The position numbers were made by a program, and so were the translations under genes. Below, piece after piece: positions 20,058 to 28,651 of a DNA stretch of 64,000 nucleotides. The stretch is from a bacterium (lineage in GTDB: Bacteria > Zhuqueibacterota > Zhuqueibacteria > Zhuqueibacterales > Zhuqueibacteraceae). How positions within the stretch are numbered: the stretch's first letter is position 1; every line of letters starts with the position of its first letter. A model generated the notes under the pieces. That model was given only the letters and a program-made list of their open reading frames with translations, had not been told where the DNA came from and ran no database searches. The stretch spans positions 64,001-128,000 of the forward strand of contig JBIOXB010000223.1 in NCBI GenBank assembly GCA_044869275.1, in the 5' to 3' direction.

Positions 20058-20479
20058 GGCTGGATGCCGGATCCTGGATGCTGGATCCTGGGGGCCGTGC
20101 ACGGTTAACTTGAGAATCACACCCTCAACCATGTCATTCTGAAAGAATCTTGCCACGAGCTGGGCACAATGCTTAGACGGTGCTTTATCCGAGCACCTGG
20201 GAAGCTTCAGCCCGTGCGAGCACTCTCGTTTCACCGCTCAGCGGTGGAACGCATGCAATGACGCTCTGCGTCCCAGAATGCTAGTCCATTGCTCCATTAC
20301 AAGTGAAATCTGTGCTTAGAGAAGTTTTCTGTTTTGATTTCCGTGGGAGTTCAGAGTAGCCGGAATTCGAAGCACAAAGCTCAAAGGGTGTTTTGAGATC
20401 TGCAATTCGAATTTTTATTTCGCTAAGCGCCTGTCCCGGATTTATTGGCGAGCTGAAAACCGATGCCCTGCGGGCGGCG

Positions 20480-20601
20480 CCAACGGATAGATCAAGACCA
20501 ACGGATGAAGGGACGAAAATGTTTTGTCCGTTGGCCTTAATCTATCCGTTGATGAAAAAAGCCAGAGTATTATATTGAATTTAATTTTCTAATTTGCCTA
20601 A
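20480..20601. repeat. CCAACGGATAGAT 18-nt-period hairpin repeat, copy C
   Basis: CCAACGGATAGATCAAGACCAACGGAT...TCCGTTGGCCTTAATCTATCCGTTG; similar to 26348-26460. Confidence 0.8.
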
Positions 20602-20628
20602 CCCAGTTTATCAAAAGAAGGAACTGCT

Positions 20629-21498
20629 ATGATCACCGAAGACTCATTGAAACAAATTATGCCTAAACTCCCGGACGCCAAGCGTGCGGCATTGCTGCCG
20701 GCATTGCAGAGCGCAATGAATGAGTTCGGTGTGAACACGCCGAAGCGCGAAGCCGCGTTTCTGGCGCAAATCGCCCACGAGTCCGGGGAATTAACCGTCT
20801 TTGCCGAGAACCTGAATTACTCGGCCAAAGGCTTGATGGCAACCTGGCCCAAACGCTTCCCCGATCCCGCCACAGCGCAGAAGTATGAGCGGAATCCGGA
20901 GAAGCTGGCCAACTACGTTTATGCGAATCGCGTTGGCAACGGCAATGAAGCGAGCGGCGACGGTTGGCGGTTTCGCGGCCGTGGCCCCATTCAAATTACC
21001 GGACGCGAGAACTATCAAAAATATGGCAGTCGACTGAATGTCGATATCATCAATAATTCCGACAAAGCCGCCACGCCGGAGGTCGGGTTTCGCGTTGCGG
21101 GTTTGTATTGGAAAGAAAACGGCTTGAATGAGCTTGCCGACAGTGAAATGTTCGAGACCATCACGAAGCGGATCAATGGCGGAACCAAAGGCCTCGAGGA
21201 GCGCAGGCAATACTACACACGCGCGAAAACTGTGTTGGGCGTGCCGCTCTCTCGCGGCATGGCGATACCGGAATCCATGCAAGACATTGATCTCGTTCCA
21301 GAGTTCACGCGCGGGCGCGAGGCGCAAGAAGATACCAAGCCGCCGGTCAGGAAAACACGCAAGGCGCGCGTGAAAAAAAGCAAACGTGCGGCCGCAAAGA
21401 AAAAAGTTGCCAAGAAGAAAGTGGCCAAGAAAACCGCCGGCAGCAAAACGCGCGCACGGGCAAAGGCAAAGCCCAAAGCCGCCAAGCGCCGGAAATAA
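20629..21498 (+). CDS. Glycoside hydrolase family 19 (endolysin-type lysozyme/chitinase) with Lys/Ala-rich C-terminal tail
   Basis: AFLAQIAHESG, ENLNYS, GDGWRFRGRGPIQITGRENY, ITKRINGG; tail KKKVAKKKVAKK. Confidence 0.9.
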   Translation: MITEDSLKQIMPKLPDAKRAALLPALQSAMNEFGVNTPKREAAFLAQIAHESGELTVFAENLNYSAKGLMATWPKRFPDPATAQKYERNPEKLANYVYANRVGNGNEASGDGWRFRGRGPIQITGRENYQKYGSRLNVDIINNSDKAATPEVGFRVAGLYWKENGLNELADSEMFETITKRINGGTKGLEERRQYYTRAKTVLGVPLSRGMAIPESMQDIDLVPEFTRGREAQEDTKPPVRKTRKARVKKSKRAAAKKKVAKKKVAKKTAGSKTRARAKAKPKAAKRRK

Positions 21499-21542
21499 GC
21501 ATTGAGGCATTATAGTCGAATTCGTACGCCATATGGCGCTCA

Positions 21543-21690
21543 AAGTCAGAACAAAATTCTGAAAATTTCTTCGCCAATGAAGGAGAAGCGACCAACGAAT
21601 TCAGGAAAATCCGTTGGTCGTTTTTTGATCCGTTGGAGCGTTTTTGGTCTAAAGTTGCTCCGTAAGGAGTTTTGGTTTTCAGCTTGTCTG
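21543..21690. repeat. Dispersed composite repeat, copy B
   Basis: Homologous to 10542-10677. Confidence 0.85.
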
Positions 21691-22086
21691 AAAACATCGG
21701 AAGACAGAAAGATGGAGGACAGAAAAATGTTTGCCGTTTGCTCCATGCTGTCATTGTCCACTTCCCTGGCTTAATCGCGAACGCCATTTTTCTGTCTTTC
21801 ATTTTTCTGTCTTGGCCTTTGGTTAAGCCAATTGAACAATTCCAAGATAAGAATTCTCTATCTCTCTTTGTTCAGCCGCCCGCAGAGCTTCGATTTCTAG
21901 CTTGTTTGAAAATCTGAGGTAGAAGGTTAGTCATCTGAAACAGGTTCTCTCCCACGGAAATGGAACTGCCACGGAAAAATTGTTTTCAATTCCGTGTGAG
22001 TTCCATTTCCGTGGGCGATTTTTGGGCTTGGGCTTCAATTTGTTTCGCACTCAGTTTTTATAGCTTGCTTACGTGCAAAATAACCT

Positions 22087-25000
22087 ATGGTACAATCAAA
22101 CGATCAGCAAAACACCAAACCCGTCATCTTCCTCGCCTTCGCCCAAGACCGCGTCGAAGGCGGCGCGTATTTGCGCAACCTGCCCATCGAGCTGGACGGC
22201 ATTCTAGAAGCGTTGCAAAAGGCGGAGCAGGCAGGGCTGTGCGAGGTGAAACATCGATCCAATACCACGGTCAAGAATATTCTCGACATCTTCCAGCAGT
22301 ATCAGGATCGCATCGCCATTTTTCATTACGGCGGACATGCTGACAGCTACGAGCTTTTGCTCGAGTCCTTGACCGGCGAGCACGCGATGGCGCACAGCGA
22401 AGGGCTGGTTTCTTTTCTTGCCAAACAAAAAAGTCTGCGGCTCATTTTCCTAAACGGCTGCTCTTCTCGGCAGCAGGCATTGGACTTGACCGAGGCGGGC
22501 GTGCCGGCCGTAATCGGCACTTCGCAAAAAATCGACGATGAGATCGCAACCAATTTGTCAGGGCGCTTTTACAAAGGCCTCGCTGCCGGCCTCTCGCTTG
22601 ATCGCGCCTGGGCGGAAGCCATCGATCAAATCAAAGTGGAGAAAGGCACCAGCAATACCCGCGCACTGCATTGGAAAGGCAAAGTTGAAGCCAGCGACGG
22701 TATTCCGTGGGACATCTATTATCGCAAGGGCGCGGAGATTGTTAAGGAATGGAATCTGCCGGCGGCTGCGAATCAACCTCTGTTTGGCTTGCCGCTGCCG
22801 GAAGTTTATTACCGCAAGTTGCCGGCTGCGCCGTTTCTCTGGTTGAATGATTTCAGGAGAGAAGACGCCGCCATCTTTTTCGGCCGCGGCGCCGAGATTC
22901 GGAAACTGTACACGCAGTTGACCACCGGCATGCAACCGATCATTCTGTACTACGGAAAAGCCGGCGTGGGAAAATCTTCCCTGCTGCAAGCCGGCCTGGC
23001 GCCGCGCATTGAAAACGATTATGCCGTCAAATATATCTGCCGCCTCCCGGCGAAAGGATTGACCGGCACTTTGCTGCAGGCCCTGCAAGAAGTAGGTGAC
23101 GAGCTCGGACTGCCGCCGGTTGAACCTGCCGAGAAAGACACCCTCCGCACCAAAATCGAGGAGCTGCAAAAAGCTTTGGAGGGCAGCGCGGGATTCACCC
23201 GGCAAGTGCTGGAAAGCGAGCTGCAAAAACTCACCGCGCTTGCCGGCGAGAGCCTTTTGTTTTCAGCACATTGGCGGCGGATCGAAGATAAAACCAACCG
23301 GCCATTAGTGGTCATGCTCGATCAAGTGGAGGAAAAATCTACCCGCCCCGCGCCTGACGACAGAGAATCTGCCGATGAATTGGAGATCTTCCTCGAGACC
23401 GTGCGGAGTATTTTTGACCAACAAGACCTGCCCCTGCGGGGAAAACTCATTCTCAGTTGCCGCGAAGAATATCAGCCCGCGATGCGTGCGGCCTTGCAAG
23501 CGTTTTCACTGCCTTTTGCGGAAGCATTTCTTCCGCCACTGGGCTGGCAGGGAATTGTCGAAGCGACGGAAGGTGTGACCACGCATCCTTCGACTCGCGA
23601 TCAGTATCACCTGGAAATTGAAAATTACAAGGGTAGTAATTTGCCGGAGATCATCGCCGACGATATGCTGGAAAGCGAGGAATCTCCGCTTGCGCCGATG
23701 CTGCAAGTGGTGCTGACCGAGTTATGGAGAGGCGCAGTTAAAGAAAACACCAAAGCGCCGCGTCTGAGCGTGCGGCAATATCAGGAGCTCAAGCAATCGG
23801 GCGCCAGCATGGGTGAATTTTTCAAACAGCGCATGGCGGAAGTGCAGGAGTGGCAGAAAACCGTCGTGACGTCCGGTTTGACACTGGACTTGCTCTACCG
23901 GCATATCACGCCCGCCGGTGCTGCCGCGAGCCTGAGCCGGGAGCAACTGCATGACATCTACTGCGACCGCGAGCAGGTCATTGATCAGCTTATGGCGAAG
24001 TGCCAAGACCTTTATCTGTTGACTGATTTTCAGCTGCGCGGCACCAGCCTGGCGCATCATCTGCTCGCGCCGGTGGTGATCAAGGAATACAGCAATTCCG
24101 TTATGCCCGGCCAGCAAGCCGCCCGCATTTTGAACAGCAAGATCGAGGAATTTCGTGCCAATGAAAAAGACATCTGGCTGAATGATGCGGATTTGGAAAT
24201 TGTGGAAAACGGCAAAGCCGGCATGCGGCAGTTGCATGCCGATGAAGAGAAGCTGTTGCAGATCAGCCGGGAGCGCAAGGCGCAGCGGGAAAAAGAGCGA
24301 AAGCGCAATCGCGTCATACGCAACGTTTTGGCAACTTTCATTTTCCTGTTTGCCATATTAGCCGGTTGGCAATGGCAAGTGTCGGAGCGCAACTATAAGC
24401 AAGCCAAGGCGAGCCAACTGGCGTTCATCGCGGGCGAGGCTTTCAATTCCGACAACACGAAAGCGCTGCGCATTGCCGAAGCGGCTTACGCGATTTTGGG
24501 TGAGCATTCGCCGGCGGCGGTGACGCGAACGTTGAGTGAGATTTTTCATTCCCAAGACCTGAGGCCGTTTTATGCGGCGAATTTTCCTCACGATGAACCC
24601 GTCAATACGGCGGTGTTTTCGCCGGATGGCCAGCAAATTCTCACCGCCTCGGAAGGCGGGTCTGCCAGGCTCTGGGATCGGCGCGGAGAATTGATCCACA
24701 CTTTTGATCATGAGGGCTACGACGTCACCTCCGCCGCCTTTTCCCCCAATGGCAAGCAAATTCTTACGCTCGCCAACGATATCGTCAGGCTTTGGGAAAT
24801 GAATGGGAAACTTGTCGATGGCGATACGCTGCAACCCGAGCAAGCAACCGACTTAGCCGATTTATCGACCGACGGCATGCGGATTCTAAAAGTGTTTGCC
24901 GGTAGCGATGATGAAAAATACCGCGCGCTGATCCATCGTCTCAAGCAAGAAAATGGAATTGCCGAAGTCATTCCCGCTTCGAACCGGCAGCGGATTCTCA

Positions 25001-26328
25001 CCATCTCATCCGATGGCACTGTGACGCTGCTGAATGGGGAAGGGAAAATCCTGAAGGCAATTGATAGCAGCGTAGTTTCTGCCGCTTTGTCGCCCGACGG
25101 CAAGCGCCTGTTGACCGTGGCCTTCGACAGCCTCAGCACCATCCGGTTTTGGGACGAGCAGGGAAGTTTCCTCGGAAGTTTCAAGTATAGAGGAGAAGTG
25201 AACAAAGCCGCTTTCTCCCCGGACGGCAGGCAGATTCTCACCGCCGCCGCCGACCATACGGCAAAACTCTGGGAGGTTTCACAGAAATTCACCCAGCACT
25301 TGCCGCGCCACAGTTTGGGAGTCTCCACCGCGGTGTTTTCTCCAGATGGGAAGCGTATCCTCACTGCTTCACACGATGGATTCGCCCGGCTTTGGGATGA
25401 ACAAGGAAATCCGCTCGACAGTCTCAAGCATGGCGGCGTGGTGAACGCGGCGGTTTTTTCACCTGAAGGCAATCGAATTCTAACGGCGGCTAGGGACGGC
25501 ACTGCCCGGCTGTGGCTGCGCGATGAGGCGCGAGTGGTCAACTTGCCGCATCGGGGAGAAGTCAACTCCGCGCTGTTCTCTCCCGACAATGGCAGCCGGA
25601 TTCTCACGGCTTCAAGCGACAGCACCGCCAGATTATGGACTGGAAACGGCGTTCCGATTGATACACTTGAGCATCACGGTGAGGTGCGTGCCGCAGTCTT
25701 TTCGCCCGACGGCCGGCAAATTCTGACGGCGTCATCCGACGGCACGGCGACATTGTGGTGGGCAAGCGGCGTTTTGATCAGGATATTCAAGCATGATGAC
25801 GAAGTTATTTCGGCAGTCTATTCGCTGGACGGGAAGCGGATTTTGACCGCCTGTGCGGATGGCGCGGTAAGATTATTTGCGGTCAATGGTGATTCGCTTG
25901 GAACTTTTAAGCATCATGATAAAATCAAGCTCGCGGTTTTTTTGCCTGAGGGCCGGCGCCTGTTGACGGCAAGCAGTATGGTCTGGCTCTGGGACGAAGC
26001 GGGGAAGCCGCTCGTTAGTGTCGCACACACTGCGGCGGTCACCTCGGTGGATTTCTCCCCCGATGGCAAGCACCTGCTTACGGCTTCAATCGACCAAAGC
26101 GCCAAGCTGTGGAACCTACAAGGCGAGTTGCAGGCAGATTACGACAAACACGAACTGCCGGTGAATTCGGCGCGTTTTTCACCCGACGGCGAAAAAATTA
26201 TCACCGCCTCGGTCGATGGGCAAGTGATGATCTGGTGGACACCGCGAGCCATTTACGATTGGCTGAAAACCGCGCCGCTTTACCGGATCACGCGGCAGGA
26301 AGAAGAATTGTATGGAATCGTGCAGTAG
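22087..26328 (+). CDS. CHAT protease - STAND NTPase (nSTAND1-like) - TM - WD40 repeat protein
   Basis: FHYGGHA and FLNGCSS CHAT dyad; FFGR, GKAGVGKSS Walker A, LDQVEE Walker B; TM helix; many FSPDGxxILTASxDxTARLW repeats. Confidence 0.93.
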   Translation: MVQSNDQQNTKPVIFLAFAQDRVEGGAYLRNLPIELDGILEALQKAEQAGLCEVKHRSNTTVKNILDIFQQYQDRIAIFHYGGHADSYELLLESLTGEHAMAHSEGLVSFLAKQKSLRLIFLNGCSSRQQALDLTEAGVPAVIGTSQKIDDEIATNLSGRFYKGLAAGLSLDRAWAEAIDQIKVEKGTSNTRALHWKGKVEASDGIPWDIYYRKGAEIVKEWNLPAAANQPLFGLPLPEVYYRKLPAAPFLWLNDFRREDAAIFFGRGAEIRKLYTQLTTGMQPIILYYGKAGVGKSSLLQAGLAPRIENDYAVKYICRLPAKGLTGTLLQALQEVGDELGLPPVEPAEKDTLRTKIEELQKALEGSAGFTRQVLESELQKLTALAGESLLFSAHWRRIEDKTNRPLVVMLDQVEEKSTRPAPDDRESADELEIFLETVRSIFDQQDLPLRGKLILSCREEYQPAMRAALQAFSLPFAEAFLPPLGWQGIVEATEGVTTHPSTRDQYHLEIENYKGSNLPEIIADDMLESEESPLAPMLQVVLTELWRGAVKENTKAPRLSVRQYQELKQSGASMGEFFKQRMAEVQEWQKTVVTSGLTLDLLYRHITPAGAAASLSREQLHDIYCDREQVIDQLMAKCQDLYLLTDFQLRGTSLAHHLLAPVVIKEYSNSVMPGQQAARILNSKIEEFRANEKDIWLNDADLEIVENGKAGMRQLHADEEKLLQISRERKAQREKERKRNRVIRNVLATFIFLFAILAGWQWQVSERNYKQAKASQLAFIAGEAFNSDNTKALRIAEAAYAILGEHSPAAVTRTLSEIFHSQDLRPFYAANFPHDEPVNTAVFSPDGQQILTASEGGSARLWDRRGELIHTFDHEGYDVTSAAFSPNGKQILTLANDIVRLWEMNGKLVDGDTLQPEQATDLADLSTDGMRILKVFAGSDDEKYRALIHRLKQENGIAEVIPASNRQRILTISSDGTVTLLNGEGKILKAIDSSVVSAALSPDGKRLLTVAFDSLSTIRFWDEQGSFLGSFKYRGEVNKAAFSPDGRQILTAAADHTAKLWEVSQKFTQHLPRHSLGVSTAVFSPDGKRILTASHDGFARLWDEQGNPLDSLKHGGVVNAAVFSPEGNRILTAARDGTARLWLRDEARVVNLPHRGEVNSALFSPDNGSRILTASSDSTARLWTGNGVPIDTLEHHGEVRAAVFSPDGRQILTASSDGTATLWWASGVLIRIFKHDDEVISAVYSLDGKRILTACADGAVRLFAVNGDSLGTFKHHDKIKLAVFLPEGRRLLTASSMVWLWDEAGKPLVSVAHTAAVTSVDFSPDGKHLLTASIDQSAKLWNLQGELQADYDKHELPVNSARFSPDGEKIITASVDGQVMIWWTPRAIYDWLKTAPLYRITRQEEELYGIVQ

Positions 26329-26347
26329 GGAAGATTTTAAGAAATCT

Positions 26348-26460
26348 CCAACGGATAGATTAAGTCCAACGGATAAAACTCTTAGTCTTTTCATCAGTTG
26401 GTCTTAATCTATCTGCTGGCGATAAAAAGCTGGAGTTTTATTCTAAGTTTGTTTGCCTAA
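26348..26460. repeat. CCAACGGATAGAT hairpin repeat, copy D
   Basis: Similar to 20480-20601, including the downstream AAAAAGCxxGAGT and TTTGCCTAA. Confidence 0.8.
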
Positions 26461-26800
26461 GCGCCTATGCCGAATTTTCAACCGCGCTGAAAACAGAAGC
26501 TCTTCAAGCAACCTTAAATCAGAAGCTTTTGAACACGAATAACGCGGATGACACGGATCGTCGCAGATTTTTGTTTTTGCTGCGAATGAGCAGTTGTAAA
26601 ACAAGAAAGCCTAAGGCATACAGTCAAAAATAATTGGAAGCCAAAATCATTGAAAGAGTCTCAATCATTTTGACTTTAACACTCCCTCGAAACTTTCATA
26701 TTCTTGCTCTATCCGTGTTCCTCCGCGCAATCCGTGTCATCCGCGTTCAAAAAATCAAGAAACTCCCAAAATATCATTCTGTGTTTGTGTGCTTTATGGC

Positions 26801-28327
26801 TTAATAGTACGCAAAATCAGTCAAGATAGCGCAGGCTTCCATCAAATAATTGAAGAGCCGCTCCTGGCTCGTCATCTCTTCCCGGTTATTCACGACAATC
26901 ACCACACCGAGAAAATCATTTTGGTCGATTGTGAGCGTGGCAAAAAGCTCGGCGACGATGGATTCACCGTCGGCGCCATAGACTACTCGATCCTTGAGCG
27001 CACCAAGATAGGGATCGTCGGGATCATCCATCCAATCTTCAATCTCATCTTCATTATTTTCTTCCACTACCCAGTTCCGTCCATCGCTCACCATGTATTG
27101 CTCAAACCAATCCCATGCTGCTTTGCTATTTTCTACGGAGGCCGTAGCCTGAACTGATAAAAACATGGTCGTGCCGGCGCGGGGGCTGGAGACCTTGATC
27201 AGGGTATGGCCGCCCTCTTGCACGGCGCTCAATTTGCTGCCGGTTGGAATGGCAATGGTCGCCCCGTTTTCCTCGTCCTGAAAAACGTCGAGGGACTGGC
27301 TGAACAACTCTTGCAGCGTGATCCTGCCATTTTCAAAGTGCTCTTCGTCTTGCAGCAGCTCCTGGATGTACTTTTGGTCCTCCTCAAACATGGTCTCATA
27401 AATCTCCTGGAAGGGCGCGCGATAGTCCAGCGCTAAAACCAATTTGTCGCCGTTGTCATCGGCAAATCTAAAGGGCTGCTCTTGGGCAGCCGCTAAAGCA
27501 CGCGCCAGCTCGGCGGATTTTGGGTCCAGATGGGGATTGTCTGCCCGCAGGCCGCTATAAAGCCTTTCAGAGGTGCATGCGCTTGCGGGAGCCGCGGTTG
27601 ATCCCGCGCTCATTAATTTGGTAAAATTGCCGGCCGCAGGTATGGCCCAAATAAAGCCTTTGCCATTGATAGGCGGGCCGCCGTCAACCATGCCGACGAT
27701 ATGGCCTTGATAAGTCAGCGGTGAGCCGGAATGCGCCTTGCGGATGTTTTTTTCCTCAAATTTAAAAACACTGGTCTTCAAGGTCGGGTAATTGCTTTGG
27801 CCATCCGAGCAGAGCGCCTGCGCCAAAGCGGCCGAGTTCTGTTCGAGCCGGTTATCCAATTGCTCCAAAGGGACGGCGCGATCGAGCTTGGTTTCCTTTT
27901 TATCCATTCTGGATATCTTCTCCGGAGCCTCCCAAAAGTTGAGCGGCGTGTCCATGGGAGCATCTCCCGGATAGACTTTGAGTGCGGGAATGTTCGGTGG
28001 GGTGGAAGCCTGCAAGCGCAAAAGCGCCAGATCAGCCGGCGTATAGATTTTTTCAAGCTTGGCGGGAAATTCTTGATTTTTCCACACGACGGTTATCGGC
28101 GACCTGCCGGCAACGACGTGAAGCGCGGTGATGATGTTGCCGGGGCTGCCATAAGCCACACCGTAACCTGAGGCCTTGCCGGCATGGACGAGCACGACAG
28201 ATTCCTGCTGGCCTGCAGCGGGTGCAACCGCCAATAACAAGGCGGCCCAAAAGAGACTGATGCAGATTGCCAAGGAGTAAACATGGACCCTCCGAGTGAC
28301 ACAGTTCATAACACAACTTTGTCTCAT
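26801..28327 (-). CDS. Secreted trypsin-like serine protease with acidic C-terminal domain
   Basis: Signal-peptide-like segment; ITALHVV (His), ADLALL (Asp), AHSGSPL (Ser). Confidence 0.8.
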   Translation of the reverse strand: MRQSCVMNCVTRRVHVYSLAICISLFWAALLLAVAPAAGQQESVVLVHAGKASGYGVAYGSPGNIITALHVVAGRSPITVVWKNQEFPAKLEKIYTPADLALLRLQASTPPNIPALKVYPGDAPMDTPLNFWEAPEKISRMDKKETKLDRAVPLEQLDNRLEQNSAALAQALCSDGQSNYPTLKTSVFKFEEKNIRKAHSGSPLTYQGHIVGMVDGGPPINGKGFIWAIPAAGNFTKLMSAGSTAAPASACTSERLYSGLRADNPHLDPKSAELARALAAAQEQPFRFADDNGDKLVLALDYRAPFQEIYETMFEEDQKYIQELLQDEEHFENGRITLQELFSQSLDVFQDEENGATIAIPTGSKLSAVQEGGHTLIKVSSPRAGTTMFLSVQATASVENSKAAWDWFEQYMVSDGRNWVVEENNEDEIEDWMDDPDDPYLGALKDRVVYGADGESIVAELFATLTIDQNDFLGVVIVVNNREEMTSQERLFNYLMEACAILTDFAYY

Positions 28328-28590
28328 CCACCGCCTCCGCCACTGCGCACCGGTTCTCCTCTGCTGCGCCTGAATTTGATCTTGTAGGTCTGCTCACCAT
28401 TTGTTCCCGTCACTGTGCCGACCTGCTGTCCCGTGTCTTTGTCTATGACGCTCCACACTTCACCTTCTACTGTGCTTTGCTTGGATGATTCCGATGGCGC
28501 CAAGTCGATCACCAGAGCGGTGCCGCGATGAACACTCACAACGTACACGCTCTCGTTCACGAACGTAATGCTCCCCTGTGGAGCTGGCAT
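28324..28590 (-). CDS. Small beta-rich protein, VHL beta-domain-like, ending RRSRGEPVRSGGGGG
   Basis: Strong AAGGAGG RBS; ITFVNES...LAPSES..QST..GEVWSVID resembles the bacterial VHL-beta pattern; stop overlaps the trypsin ATG (ATGA). Confidence 0.7.
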   Translation of the reverse strand: MPAPQGSITFVNESVYVVSVHRGTALVIDLAPSESSKQSTVEGEVWSVIDKDTGQQVGTVTGTNGEQTYKIKFRRSRGEPVRSGGGGG

Positions 28591-28651
28591 AACTCGCCTC
28601 CTTAACAATGAGTTTTGGAATGGATTGTTGTAAAAATATAACTATATTACT

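Noticed and set aside
20629..21498. Prophage lysis module
   Set aside because: No holin, spanin, structural or integrase genes nearby.
10542..26753. CRISPR-like array from the recurring CCAACGGA repeats
   Set aside because: Copies are dispersed, degenerate and inverted, with no regular spacers and no cas genes.
28324..28590. Ubiquitin-like modifier (C-terminal Gly-Gly)
   Set aside because: The sequence pattern fits a VHL-like beta sandwich better, and no E1/E2/JAB genes are present.
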